DNA from: the human T2T-CHM13v2.0 reference genome, Homo sapiens
DNA length: 64,000 bases
NCBI RefSeq assembly: GCF_009914755.1
Contig: NC_060925.1
Reading direction: 5' to 3' (one strand)
Shown here: piece by piece, positions 1-15,322 of the stretch
How positions within the stretch are numbered: position 1 is the first letter of the stretch
Layout of the letters: every line of letters begins with the position of its first letter
Made by a program: the position numbers and the translations under genes
The notes under the pieces: model-generated
Seen by the model: the letters and a program-made list of their open reading frames with translations, nothing else
Databases searched by the model: none
What the model was told of the DNA's origin: nothing

Positions 1-1194
1 GTAGGACATGGGGAAGCCCCTAATGCGTGTCCACCCACCTTGACCAGCAGGCTCTCGGGCACACAGAGTGCCGAGTGGGAGCGTCTCAGACGCGTGACCT
101 GTGCCCGAGCCACTGGACGGGGTACCTAGTCTGCAGGGCTGCTCAGGGCTTAAACTGTGTGGCTGCCTATAAGGGTTTGCACAGGTGGGTGCTGGGGCTC
201 TCAGTGCTGGGGTTGGGGTGCTGGGCTTGGGGTGCCAGGGCTAACTTGGGCCTGCCGGGGCTGTGGGTGCCAGGGTGGTGGGTGCCGGGGTGGTGGGTGC
301 CAGGGCTAATTTGGGCTTCCCTACCCAGGTGCTTCCCGGCCTGAGTGTCTGGAGTGGGATCCTGAGGAAGTTTGCTCCTCAGGGAGCTGCCTTCCTCGCG
401 CTGGGCAGGGCTTCCCCAGTGCAGGCCAATGCTCTGGCCAGGCTTGGCCCATAGCTGCCTGGTCTGAACACATGGCCAGACATGGCGCTTTTGAGACACT
501 CCAGTCCCTCCTGCTCTGGCGTGGTTCTCTCAGCCCCACTGCTCCACCTTTGGCCACACGGCCCTTCCTCTGGGCTTGGTCATCCTTCAAAGTCTAGTTC
601 ATAGCCCACCTCCACCAGGAGGCCCCCTGGATTGTGTCTGGCCCTCTGGGGCATTCATGCCTCATGCCTGTTCACCTCTGCCCTGGTGCTGGATGCCTTG
701 CCCTCCTCACCTGCTCCCTGTCCTTCCCCACCCTTCCCTGCACCCTGGGCTAGCCCTGGGCCTGCCAGCCTCAAGGTCCCCTTGTCCACAGTGGGGGTCC
801 TCATCCCTCCCCTCTCTTGACAGCCCCTTGAGATGGAGCAGGCTCGGGGCCCAGCTGCCTGCACTCAGATCTCCAGGGGCCCTCCTGGGAATCCGGTGCT
901 GCAGAGCCTGGGTCTGTACTGACGGGAGGGGGATGACAGTTCTGCCCCATGGGGCTGCTGCTGAGCTGAGCTTGTCCCCAGGCCTGGCCCGGGTGTTGAG
1001 GGAACGTCCCCCAGGATGGTGGCAAGCAATAGGTCACGTCTGCACCCGCCACCCTCAGTGCCGGGCTCAACCTCCACAGGTGCTCACTAACACCAGCTTC
1101 GGGGAGGGAAGGCCAGGTGGGCAACGGGAAGGCCAGACCACGGGGTAGGGGGTGATGGGGGGGTCATCTGGCATTGCGGTGAGGACCCACCCAC

Positions 1195-1260
1195 CTTCCG
1201 GTTGCTGCCGCCGTTGAAGTAGTACTCTCGGGAGGGCATGCCCAAGGTGGGCTGGTCTAT
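1195..1260 (-). CDS. MMEL1: MMEL1 exon 9; the gene continues beyond the window start
   Basis: 66 nt, TTCCAG|...|GTGGGT. Translates [22 protein letters not shown], a conserved neprilysin segment. Confidence 0.95.
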
Positions 1261-1884
1261 CTGGAAATATAGAAGGTGTGACCCTGGGCAAGGGGCCCGG
1301 GGTCCCCGCAGCCTGGCTGAGGCAGGCTGCAGCCGCCTCCCCACAGGACTGTGCCCCGTGCACACGTGCTCTGCCCAGGAGCTGGTGGTGGAGCTTGTGC
1401 CGGACCCGGGAGGCCAGACCCTGCCCCGAGTGATGGTGGGGGCGCTGGGCTGGACTGGAGAGGGTGGCGGGGGTGGGGTGGGGAGGGGTTCAGGCTGTCC
1501 CGGGCCTCGCAGCACCCGCGGCTCCCCCAGAGTGGGGCGCGTATTTGTTTCGTGTGTTTCTCTTTGGCCTCCAGCCCGTGGCCAGCAGTGGATCCCTGAG
1601 GTCAGGCCTCCTGCCCCGGTTCCAGCCCCGCTGTTCAGGAGCCCCCGCCCCTCTGACCAGAACCGGGTTCTACTGTGGCCCCCAGCTTGGCCAGGAGGCC
1701 CAACAGAAACTCCAGCAGCAGCAGCTCGTTCCCGGGCCCACGGACGTGGACAGGAGCCAGGAGCCCAGGTCCCAGGAGACCCCGGAGCTCCCTGTCGGCC
1801 TGGCCCATCCTTCTGCTGTGCTGCAAGAGCCCCCAGCCAGGCTTGGGGACCCTGCCTACCCCTGCCCACCGGCGCGGCTCGTAC

Positions 1885-2003
1885 GTAGATGATGTGCCGG
1901 CTGGAGTTCTGGTCGTCGTTCCAGATGAAGAGGTCGATGAGGACGCGCCTGTTGAACTGTGAGTTCATCAGCGCCAGCTGCCGCTCCAGCTCCCACTCGA
2001 GTC
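1885..2003 (-). CDS. MMEL1: MMEL1 exon 8
   Basis: 119 nt, phase 1-0. Translates [40 protein letters not shown]. Confidence 0.95.
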
Positions 2004-2610
2004 CTGGGGAGACAGTGCCCCGCACTGGAGACTGGCGGGCCCTGGGGCCCCAGCCCGGCCCCTTGTCGGTGAATCTGGCCTCCGGAGCCAGGAACTAGGG
2101 GGCCATAGGGTGGGGAGCTCACCTGTGCGCCTTAGGGGCTGGGGGATGTGGGAGACACTTTCCCTAACAGCCCAGGAGCCACAGGCGGGCCCCCAGGTGA
2201 CCGGAGGGGGTTGGGAGCAGCATGGGGTTGTCAGGGCTGCCAGCCACGTGAGGTGCCACTCCTGCCCCCGGGGGAATGGAGCACATGCTCAGAGTGGGGA
2301 GCCCTGGGGCCAGGGCCTGGCCGGAGCCTGGCTGGGGCCTGAGTGTCGAGCGCTCCTAGGGGCCGAGGAGGGGCACCCCTCTGCAGGGCTGGATGGGACT
2401 GGCCACGGGGCACCAACTCCCCAGCATGGAACCTAAACCACCTCCCAGGACCCTGAGGTTGCCCCGGCTGGGTTGGGCCTCTTGGGGCTCCTGAGAGCAG
2501 CCAGCTGGGGGTGGGGGTGGGGTCCCCTCCTGGAAGGCCTCAGACCGAAGGAGCCCTGGTCCTGGTCCTCCTTTGTCTGTCTGTGAGGCTGCTGCCAGGC
2601 CCGGCCTTAC

Positions 2611-2706
2611 CTACGGTCTCGTTCCACCTGTCCATCGCCACCGGCCAGCCTCCCACCACCTCCAAGATGTCCAGCAGGGGCTGAGAGCCTCGCTTCTCTA
2701 TCACAC
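2611..2706 (-). CDS. MMEL1: MMEL1 exon 7
   Basis: 96 nt, CAG|...|GTAAGG. Translates [32 protein letters not shown], with the M13 GGWP motif. Read manually. Confidence 0.95.
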
Positions 2707-4057
2707 CTGAGAAGGGACGCAGTGGTCACTCTCCCAGCCTCCCTGTGGCTCACGTGCCACGACACAGAACTGTGGGGGCGCCGTTGGCCGGCGTCACAGG
2801 TCCCCACAGCCCCTGCAGTGCTCCGCGAGAGGCGGCCTCCCAGCCTCTGGGCCTTTACACCTGCACCCTCCCGTCACAGGTCAGCATCTTGGCAGCTCTG
2901 CAGCGCAGGAGGCGGAGGCTGAGACTGGACACGGGCGTGAAAGGAGACCTGGGGGCTGAGAAAAGCACATGAGCCCCGGGGGACAAAGAGGATGATGGGA
3001 GGCAGCCCCTGGGGCCTGGGAGCCGGCCAGCAGGCGAGGAGCCTGGGAGAGGAGAGGAGGCTCTGGGATCAGGCCAAGCCTCGGCGAGGACTCAGGCAGC
3101 GGTGGGTGGGCTGGGAGGGGGCGCGGGGTAGGCAGGGGAGCCCTGGGGCCTGTGTGTGTCCTGTGTCTCGGCTCAGCACGGTGGGGCCCCGACAAGCAGG
3201 GCTTTTGCAGTCGAAGATTAGGTAAAGGTGGGGACGCGGAGATAGTCACTGTGGGAATAAGTGAAGACCACCCACAGGGCAAAGTGAAGGCTTCAGTGCT
3301 GGCACAGCATGGCAGGTGCCCCGTCAGGTCAAAGGCCTGCAGGGAGCAGCAGGGCTTCCTAGTGGAAGAGGGGAGGCCCGAGTGGGCTGAGTGGGGGCTG
3401 CTGGCCTGGGGAGGCTGTGGCGGGCTCACTAGAGGCCGGCCTCCTCTGGGCTTGGCTAGGGTCCTATGCTGGAGGAAGGGACAGACATTCCAGGGGAGGC
3501 TGCCTGTGATGAGGCAGGCCCCGGCTGTTAGGGGCCGGATGCCGTGGGGAGTGCCGTCTGACCTCCTGGGCTGCCCACTGGGGATAAAGGGCTGGGTTCC
3601 CGGCTGGGCTGCCGGTCCTGAGTTGCGTTCCAGTTTTCCACATGGTCTGGCCCCTGCCGTTTGTATATTCAGCCTCTCAGGCCAAAAATTAAGTAAAGGC
3701 GAGGACACAGGAAGTCATCTCCAGCTGGGAGTATTGCCCAGAATGGGGGCCCAGCCTTCTGTTTCCATGGGGAGGAGACAAGCCCAGCGCACCCAAGCAG
3801 GGGTCTCACGGAGACGCCCCCTAAAGCCAGGGTCCCAGCGAGTTCCACAGTCAGGCGGAGGCTCCACGAGACCCCCTGGGCAAAACAACCAGCCCTGAAC
3901 CCTGGTGCTCAGCGGAGAAGCTGTCTCTACAGCAGCCACAACCACAGGTTGGGCCTGCAGACCCCCAAGTGGAGGAGTTAAACGGTGCTGGGCCGGGGGT
4001 GCTCCAAGCACGTGAATTCCTTTAATAGGAACTGAAACATGGATAATCTGCCCCCCA

Positions 4058-4675
4058 CACCACACACACACATCCACATACATCCACATGCACACACAAG
4101 CACATATGACACACATACAGCACACACATAACATGTATACACACATAACACATATACACACATACACATACACACATACACATACACACATATACACATG
4201 TACACAAGTACACACAGCACATATATATACAGTACACACATATACACATAACACACACATACATGCACACACAACATACACATATGCACACACAACACAC
4301 CCATAGAATACACACATATACACATACATGCATGTGCACATAATACACATATACACTATACACAATACACATGTGACATGCACGTAACACACATGTGCAC
4401 ACAATGCACACACATATGTACACACCGCATGCATATACATATACACATATACATAACAACACACATACATGCATACACAACACATGTACCCACATGTACA
4501 CATGCACAAACCACATGTAACATATATAGATACATGCATGAACACATATACATATATACACATACACGTATACACATATACATACACAATATACATACAT
4601 ATACACACAACACACACATATGCATATAAATGTATAATATGCATGCACATATATACACATACTCATATCCATATA

Positions 4676-4728
<53 letters not shown>
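4058..4728. repeat. Complex (CA/TA)n low-complexity tract ending in a pure (AC)25 microsatellite
   Basis: Alternating purine-pyrimidine sequence; uninterrupted AC from 4678 to 4727. Confidence 0.95.
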
Positions 4729-4730
<2 letters not shown>

Positions 4731-4985
4731 CTTCCTGCAGCCTGGAACGTGTGGCCTGTGCTGGGGTTGGGGTGTGAGTGAGGCCGCAGGGCAGCTGGCA
4801 TTACTGCGAGCCTGGACCCTGTGGCTGGGAGCGGGACACAGCACATAGACCCTCTGGCATGAGTCCTAAAGGCACCCACTCCTACCCTAGGGGCAGCCAT
4901 GGGGTCCTGGGGCTGCGCTAGGCCCTGGCAGGGGCAGCCCGCCCCCGTCCCCTGCCTCGGCCCCTTCCTGGCGGCCCCCACTCAC

Positions 4986-5066
4986 TCTGGTTCATGCAGG
5001 AGCGGTACAGCGTCCTGGCCTTCTCCACAGCCGGCCGGTCCTTGGCAGTCGAATTCTCCAGCACCG
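4986..5066 (-). CDS. MMEL1: MMEL1 exon 6
   Basis: 81 nt, CAG|...|GTGAGT. Translates [27 protein letters not shown]. Confidence 0.96.
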
Positions 5067-5316
5067 CTGTGGGCACAGGAAAAGGTTGGACAGAGGCCTG
5101 ACGAGGCTGCAGGGGCCAGGTCACAGGTCCCTACACCCCCTGAAGTGCTCGGCGAGAGGCGGCCCCCCAGCTGCTGGGTCTTTATTCCCTCTCCTCTGCG
5201 CCCACTGGACCAAGGAGGAAGCACAAACAGGGGCGAGACACAGCCAGGACCAACTCCTGGCCCGGTGCTGTCCTGTTCGGCGTCACCCCACTGCACCCCC
5301 GGCCGTGCTCTGCCAC

Positions 5317-5478
5317 CTTTGAGGATGACCTCCAGCTCGTCGCGGAGGACGTCAAAGATGCTGTATCTTGAGTTGGTCTCAGGGATCACGTGGCGCCGCA
5401 GCCAGCCTCCGCATGCAAACTGGTAGAAGTCGTCACACGGTTCCGTGGTCGGGTCCATGTTCTGGAGGATCCTGGCAG
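5317..5478 (-). CDS. MMEL1: MMEL1 exon 5
   Basis: 162 nt. Translates [54 protein letters not shown], with the M13 peptidase PCxDFYxFACGGW motif. Confidence 0.96.
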
Positions 5479-5697
5479 CTGCTCGTCCCCATGGCGTGGA
5501 GCAGGGAGAGGGGAGACAGAGAGAGTTGTGGACAGCCCAGAAGCCTGTCTCCCGGTCCAAGACACAGCCTGGTCCCTTGGGAAGGGGCTGCTGTCCATCC
5601 AGTCGCAGCTGTGTGCCCAGGGAGAGTTAACCACCCTCTCTGAGCTGCAGAGAGGGAATCCCCCAACCTGGATTCAGTGCTAGGGTTTTCACTTATT

Positions 5698-5977
5698 TAT
5701 TTTTAGAGACAGGGTCTCACTCTGTTGCCCAGGCTGGAGTGCAGTGGCGTGATCACAGCTCACTGCAGCCTTGAACTCCTGGGCTTAAGCAATCCTCCCA
5801 CTTCAGCCTCCTGAGTAGCTGGGATAACAGATGTGTGTCTCCTCTCCCGAATGCCTTTTTAAAAAATTTATTTTAGAACAGGGTCTCGCTGTGTTGCCCA
5901 GGCTGGTCTGGAACTCCTGGGCTCAAGTGGTCCACCTCGGCCTCCAGAGTTGCTGGGAATTCAGGCATGAGTCGGCT
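5698..5977 (-). mobile_element. Alu (AluJ-like) with perfect 15-bp target-site duplication
   Basis: Alu body on the minus strand; GGGTTTTCACTTATT at 5683-5697 and 5978-5992. Confidence 0.93.
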
Positions 5978-6927
5978 GGGTTTTCACTTATTAACCACTT
6001 GATCTTGAACCCCAAACCCTCCGAGACTCATTTCCTTGTCTGTGAATCCGGGAACACCAGCGGTCTGACTTGCAGGCTGAGGCGATGGCTGAGATGGTGC
6101 CAGCTCACAGGAGGTGCTCAGCTGGTGACCATGCCCTGTAAGCCGGGCCCAGCTCCTGGCTGTCCGCCAGGGCCTTTCTGTTCTGACTCTGCCCCCTGCC
6201 CCCTCACTCATCAGTGTGCTTGGTCCCCAGAGGGAGGGACGACTCTTACCACCATGGGGGTTTGTATTCTGCTAGAGGGGTTGGCTTTGCCCCAGGAACC
6301 CCGAATGTGCACAGGACAGGGGAGACCCAGGCTTCCCACTGAACGCTTTCAACTGGGGTAGCTGGGCTGCACCCCCCGACCAAGAACCGTCCCTCAAATT
6401 CTGTCCAACTTGGTCTTGGCCACTCCACCTCTGGGGCTGGGGACCTCACGGAAGGCGTGTCCACAGGCCCCCCAGCCCCCAGCACGGGCAGAAAAGCCAC
6501 AGTCCAGAGCTTCTCCACTATTGGCGCTTTCACAGCATGTTAACAGTTTTTGTCATCTGCAAATAGCGGTACCTGACCCCCAATTTTAAGACAAATGCCT
6601 GGGAGAAAATCTGAAATAAGAAAGTGGCTATTCATTGAACCTTTCTTTCTATAAATGTGGACAAAAGCCGCTGGGGTTCTTGGCACGGGATGCTGTTGCT
6701 GCAGGGCCTGGCTGCTGGAGGCTGGGGACTGGGGGCCCAGCGGACGCCAGATGCCAGAAACACCAGCTCCGCCCGCTCCACAGCGAGTCCGAGTCCGGCC
6801 CACCCGGCTCCACCGCCCGCCGTGTCTTGGAGTTGCTTCCCTGGGCCTTGGGCGGGGCCTACGTCAGTGTCAGCCGGGAGCCCCCAGCCCTTGGGCAGGC
6901 TGTGGACGGCAAGGGGGCGGGGCTTAC

Positions 6928-6987
6928 CTGCTATCACGCAGCCAGGGGTGGTGCAGACCTCGCTCACCTCTTGGGCCTCTGGGATCC
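6928..6987 (-). CDS. MMEL1: MMEL1 exon 4
   Basis: 60 nt, CAG|...|GTAAGC. Translates GIPEAQEVSEVCTTPGCVIA, with the neprilysin-family CxxxxC motif. Confidence 0.95.
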
Positions 6988-7773
6988 CTGCGGGCAAGGA
7001 GCAGCCTGAGCACCGGGAGCCACGGAGAGGGTGGGGCAGGACTGGAGTGGGTGTGGGCGGGGCAAGGTCTGGTGGGTGTGGCATGGGGATGGGCATAGAC
7101 TGGGGTGGGCGGGGCAAGGTCAGGGTGGGTGGAGCATGGGCTGAAGCCAGTAGGGCAAGGCCAGGGTAACCAAAGCATAGTCTGGTGGGGGTGGGGTGTG
7201 GCCCTCCACCCCATCTTCCATCCCCATGGGTGGTCCAGCCTGGCAGCCCAAGTCCTCCCCAGGTGGCCCAGGCCTGAGGCCTTCAGTGATAGTGAGCTTC
7301 GTTCTTTGTCCTTGACCGCTGCAGGGACCTGGGAGCCCCTTTACACCCTCTGCCTCCATGTACCCCCACAGCTGCCCCAGGCCCCAAGGGCTGAAGCCGG
7401 CCATTCTGCCCTCCTGCCTTCTGCCCAGCCCACTCTCACCTGCTGCCAGGGCCAGCTCCTCCAGGCAGCCTGCCTTGCTGCCCCTCTCTGCATGCCCTGC
7501 CCCGGCCTGCCCCACCCCTGTGCCAGCTGGTGGAATTGAATGTGCTGAGGCCACGCAGGAGCAGGTGCGGAGTGTCCACAGTGCCCAGTAAGCCTCCTGC
7601 GTCCAGCAGGTGCACCCAGCTGAGGTCCCTGCCACTGTCCTCTCCCCATGGCCCTCCTCCGGCACATGAGGGTTGGGCAGAACCCAGCCCCTGCCCCTCC
7701 ACGGAGTCCCCCCACCTTGGGAGGCCAGCGCCCACCTGCCTGGGGCTGTTTTGGAAGGGAAGGCAAAGGCTAC

Positions 7774-7851
7774 CTCGGGGTTTTCGTTTTACAAAGGTCC
7801 TCTCCTCCTGTAAGAAGCACAGCCGGCTAGCAAGGCGTGGCAGCTGCTTCC
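7774..7851 (-). CDS. MMEL1: MMEL1 exon 3 (stalk with basic convertase site)
   Basis: 78 nt, AG/GT bounded, phase 1-1. Translates (G)KQLPRLASRLCFLQEERTFVKRKPR(G). Read manually; not in the ORF track. Confidence 0.93.
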
Positions 7852-9248
7852 CTGGGGAGAAACACAGCGCTCAGCTGCGGCCTCCTGCCTGCAGCTCCCT
7901 GGGGGTGCTGGGGGCCTCCCTGGGTCAGCACGCCATCTTCCCACAGTGCTGGGTGCTGCAGCCCTACCCCTGTAGTGAGGGCTGGTCCCCAGGGCAGCGA
8001 GACAGGAGATCCACAGAGTTCACTGCAGGGGCCAGCTTCAATCTGTGTCCTGCTGGGCTTGAATGGGGGGCGGTTTGCCCTGCCTTGCCAGCCCCACCCT
8101 TTAATTCTCCCTCCACCCACCCCAAGGTCCCCGATGTGCCAGGGCCTAGAGGGGTCCTGAGGTGAGACCTTCCTCTTCCCGACAGCCTCCTCTACCTCAG
8201 GATCTTCCTGACCCTGACAAGGCCCACACAAGGTGGCACGCTCCTGGAGTCCCACAGGGCAGGCTCATTTAGAGGGACAGGGCCTTTTCAGAGAGGGTGG
8301 CTTCCCACTAATGACCCTTGTCCCTAGCCCCTCCACCCTCACTGCTGCTGAAGGTGCCAAGCCACCCTCCCTCCATCTCTCTACTGCCTGCTGGGAGGGG
8401 CCTGCCTGGTCAGCATCGGGGGCTCCTGGGATGGCTGTCAACTGCCTGGAGAGATGTATGGGAGAGGAGGGTGGGATGGAGAGAAGAGGGGACCCCAGGT
8501 CCAGAGAGGTGACAAGCCAGGCCTGGCTACCTTCAGACCTGGCTTGTGGCCGAATTTCCCCAGCAGTGAGGTACACAGAGGACTGAATGGAAGGAGGGAA
8601 CAGGGCTCGTTCAGGTCAGGGCTGTTGGCAGGCCTGGAACCTGGCCTAGCCCTGGGCAGAGACTGCAGAGAGGGTGCTAGAAGCCACAAAAATATCAGCT
8701 CCTTGGGGGCCTGGCCATTCAAAAAGCCATTAGTGAAACACTGGATGATGACTGTGAGCCAGGCCAGATGCTGCAGTTCAGATGTGAGCCTGACAGGGCC
8801 CAGCCCTCAAGGAGCCCCCCGCCCGGTGGAAACAGGGAGAAAGTGCCGCATGCTGCATACACCGAGGTAAAGTGCTGAAGGGCAAGGCTGAGCTTCAGAG
8901 CAAAGGAATCCCCCAGGCCAGCAACGGAAAGGAGGTGGTGAGTGCGAGCGGAAGGCATGGCTGCCCTGTGGTGTTTGCCAATTGCAGTAACCCAGAGCCT
9001 ATGGACCAGAGACTGGACTGTGGACTCCAGAGGGCCTCACCTCAGCAAAAGAGTGGATTCGAGGGACATCACCTCTGACCAAAGTGGTGACAAGGAGGGC
9101 AAGGGCTTTCTGCTTCTGATTAGGATGCAGAAAGTTGAAATTGACTGTGGCCCCCACCCTAGCCAGGAGAGCAAGCTGGAGAACCTACAGCATGGGCACT
9201 TTTAGAAACCCACGAGAGCTGAGGACATAGAGAAACCAGCATGAGTCA

Positions 9249-11415
<2,167 letters not shown>

Positions 11416-11701
11416 TACGGAAGGAAACCTGAACAGAAGATCTCAGACCTGTAGGACAATGTTAAATGGCTTAACATATATGTAACTAGAGACTCAGAGA
11501 GCAATATTTGAAGAGATACTGACCAATAAATATTTAAAGTTGGTAAAAGATATAAATCTACCCCAAGAAGGGCAGTGTATCCCAAGCTGGGCAAATACAA
11601 AGAAAACCATCCAGCAGCATCATAGTCAAACTGTGGAGGACTAAAGATAAAGAGAAATTCAGGATTAAGAATTTCAAGACATACTTAAAAGCAGTCAGTG
11701 G

Positions 11702-12007
11702 GGCTGGGCATGGTGGCTCATGCCTGAATCCCAGCACTTTGCGAGGCTGAGGTAGGTGGATTGCTTGAGTCCAGGAGTTGAGACCAGCCCGGGCAACATG
11801 GAGAAACCTTACCTCTATAAAAAAATTATAAAACAAAAATTAGCTGGGCATGATGGTGGACACCTGTGGTTCCAGCTATTTGGGAGGCTGAGGTGGGAAG
11901 ATCGCTTGAGTCTGGGAGGGGGGATGTTCCAGTAAGCTGTGATTATGCCACTGCCCTCCAGCCTGGGCAACAGAGTGAGACCCTAGCTCAAAAAAAAAAA
12001 AAAAAAA
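11702..12007 (+). mobile_element. Alu (AluJ-like) within degenerate L1 ORF1-like sequence
   Basis: Full dimeric Alu with poly(A) tail. Confidence 0.92.
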
Positions 12008-12792
12008 GCAGACAAAAAAAGACACATTATATTGAGGGGAACAACAGTAAGAATGACGGTGACCTCTCACCAGAAAGAATGAAGGCCAGAAGATGATGGA
12101 ATGAGCTCTTTAAGTCCTTGAAAAAAACAATAATACATTATCAGCTTATAATTCTATACCCAGCAAAAACATATTTCAAAAGTGAAAGTGAAATAAAGAC
12201 ATTTTAGACCAAAGCTGAGAACATGTGTCTCTACCGGATGTGCCCCACAACAAATGCTAAAAGGTCTTCACTCAGAAGGGACACGAAACCAGTGGGAAGA
12301 CCAGATTGGTGGGCAGGAATGATGAGCCTGAGAAAGGGTAAAGAGGGAGCAAAGTGTGACGGGAGACCTGGACCCAAACAGTGCCTCTGATTCATTTGTT
12401 TCCCATCTAGTCAGATGTATCCAGAACAAATTAGGACAACTGAAGAGGCGAGTTCATGCCTCCTTCATGCCTGCATCCTGCCTCTACAGCTCCCACGGCA
12501 TTCCCAACATAGGATTTCCCGTAGCCTTGTTGATGGGGGAAACCCCCAAGGAAATTCACCAGATGCTGCAGATCAAGGGCTGCCTGAGGATGTAGTGAGC
12601 TCCTGAGCAGCACTTTCAAAACTGAATTAGATGAGCTAGGCATGTTTTTTCCGTGTCGTCCCTTAACTTACAGTGCCTCACTTAATCATCACAAGGAAGC
12701 TGGATCACTTGAGGCCAGGATCACTTCAAGACCAGCCTGGCCAACATGGCAAAACCCCGTCTCTACTAAAAATTCAAAAATTAGTCAGGCGT

Positions 12793-13159
<367 letters not shown>

Positions 13160-13735
13160 TTACTTGAACACCGTGGGTGGAGGTTGCAGTGAGCTGAGAT
13201 TGCGCCACTGCACTCCAGCCTGGGCGACAGAGCGAGATTCTATCTCAAAAAAAAGAAGCTTGTGAGGTTCCTCATCTCTACTTTTCTTGGGAAAACTGTT
13301 GGGGAGGCAAGATCACACACCCAAGGTCACTTTCCTTGGGGGAGTGGCAGGGCATGAACCTCCAGACCCCATACTGGCATTCGACAGCTCTGTTCTTCTA
13401 AGAGAAAAAGCAAAAACAGTGAGACCCTTTTGACACAATGGCTGAAAAGAAACAAAATCTTACCCTAATGCTAAAATATGATCACAGGAAACACAGTCAA
13501 TGATCTCTCCAAAAGGAGATTTTTCTTTTTCATAATTCCAAAAAGGGCAGCTTTCCTGAATACTCAGTTGACACAGGATCTTCTCTTTGTTCTTTTATAT
13601 TTGCTTGAATAACTTCTGTAATATGCCAATCATTTTGACATAGGCTTTCTACATTTTAAAAACTATTTTTGACATTTCCTCTGAAGGTTTTGTTTTCCTA
13701 AAGTTTTCCAAATGCCTTGATTTGAATAAGACCTC

Positions 13736-14106
13736 TGCCACGGTTTGGATGTGGTTTATTTTTCCCTACCAAGTCTCATGTTGAAATGTGATACCCAATG
13801 TTGGGGGTGGGGCCTGGTGGGAGGTGTTTGGATTGTGGACCTGATTCTTCATGAATGGCTTGGTGCCCCTGAGTGGCTTGAAAAGAGCCTGGCACCTCTT
13901 CTCTCTCTCTCTCTCTCTTTCTCTTGCCATATGACCTGCATGCACAGGCTCCCCTTTACCTTCCACCATGAATGGAACAGTCTGAAGTAGATGGGGAGCC
14001 ATGCTTCCTGTGCAGCCTGCAGAACCATGAGCCAAATCCACCTCTTTTCTCTATAAATTACTCAGTCTCAGGTATTCCTTTAGAGCAACACAAATGGACT
14101 AAAACA
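13736..14106 (+). mobile_element. MaLR solo LTR (MSTB-like)
   Basis: Starts GGTTTGGATGTGG...TCTCATGTTGAAATGTGAT and ends CTCAGGTATTCCTTTAGAGCAACACAAATGGACTAAAACA. Confidence 0.85.
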
Positions 14107-14584
14107 ATCTTGATGTAAATAATTTACATTTTTTTCTTTTCCCTCTCTTCTCCATCCCTCTTTCAGAAGAAACAAAGGCACAAAGAACTTCACAGAGTGG
14201 AGAAAGAAACACCCTCCCTGGAGGATGTGTAATCACAGACGGCTTGTCATGCCATTGCCGAGTTTACAGAAATGTGTGGCCAAGGAAACCTCTCGCGGAG
14301 AAGCCAATTTAAAGAAACTCCAGGCTGGTAGTGTCCTAAGGTGCCTGATGAAAACAAATACATATTCTCCAGAGGGAACATTTCTCAGCCCAATAACACA
14401 GGATCCCCATAGATAAAAGCCAATTTGAATATGTATTTACATTTTTAAAAAAGAAAATCTTACATTAGTGAGAGAAAACAAACAGCAAAACCAGAACCCC
14501 AAAGATTGCCAATTAGGAATGATCTGATCCAGAACGTATGGAAGCTGGCACCACTGGCCCTGGATCTGAGTCTTCTCTGCATCC

Positions 14585-14950
14585 GTGCCTTGGCCATGTG
14601 ACTCCGTAGTTGCTCCCACAAAAGGGACAAATTATTTTTTTTCTTCTATCTCTTGACTGTGCGTGGCCCAAGTGACTTGCTTTGGCCAACAGAATGAGGT
14701 GGGAATGACAGGGTTCCAGTTCTGAGCCTGGGCCCTAAGAGGGCTTTCATGTTTTCACCTGTCCTTTTGGATTTCTTTCACTGCCAGGAGAGGGATCTGC
14801 GCAGGAATGCTTGCTGGGCTCTGGTAGGAGGATGAAAGTTACATGGACAGAGCACCCCAGCTGAGCCCAACCTAGGTCAGATGACCCCAGGCAAACAGTG
14901 GAGGTGCCTCACAATAAATCATTGTTTTATGCCAGTGAGTGTTGGGCTGG
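14585..14950 (+). mobile_element. Old MaLR LTR (MLT1-like)
   Basis: GTGACTTGCTTTGGCCAACAGAATGAGG and AATAAATCATTGTTTTATGCCA motifs. Confidence 0.6.
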
Positions 14951-14997
14951 GTTTTAAGACCCCAACTGCTAAAATAAAATAACGTAAGTACGTTTGA

Positions 14998-15322
<325 letters not shown>

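Noticed and set aside
190-330. Short GGGTG-rich imperfect repeats in MMEL1 intron 9
   Set aside because: Only a few degenerate copies, typical of GC-rich subtelomeric introns.
2811-2837. CTCF site as the explanation for the duplicated 65-bp element
   Set aside because: CCGCGAGAGGCGGC mismatches the core GGC positions of the CTCF consensus; not supportable without a PWM scan.
3715-4981. C/V/M/Y- and H/T-rich ORFs (also at 25645-26893)
   Set aside because: They are translations of CA/TG low-complexity tracts.
27-8900. Numerous 60-310 aa Pro/Gly/Ala-rich ORFs in GC-rich introns (also 27-40 kb)
   Set aside because: Expected from stop-codon scarcity in high-GC DNA; they overlap on both strands and have no recognisable domains beyond the embedded true exons.
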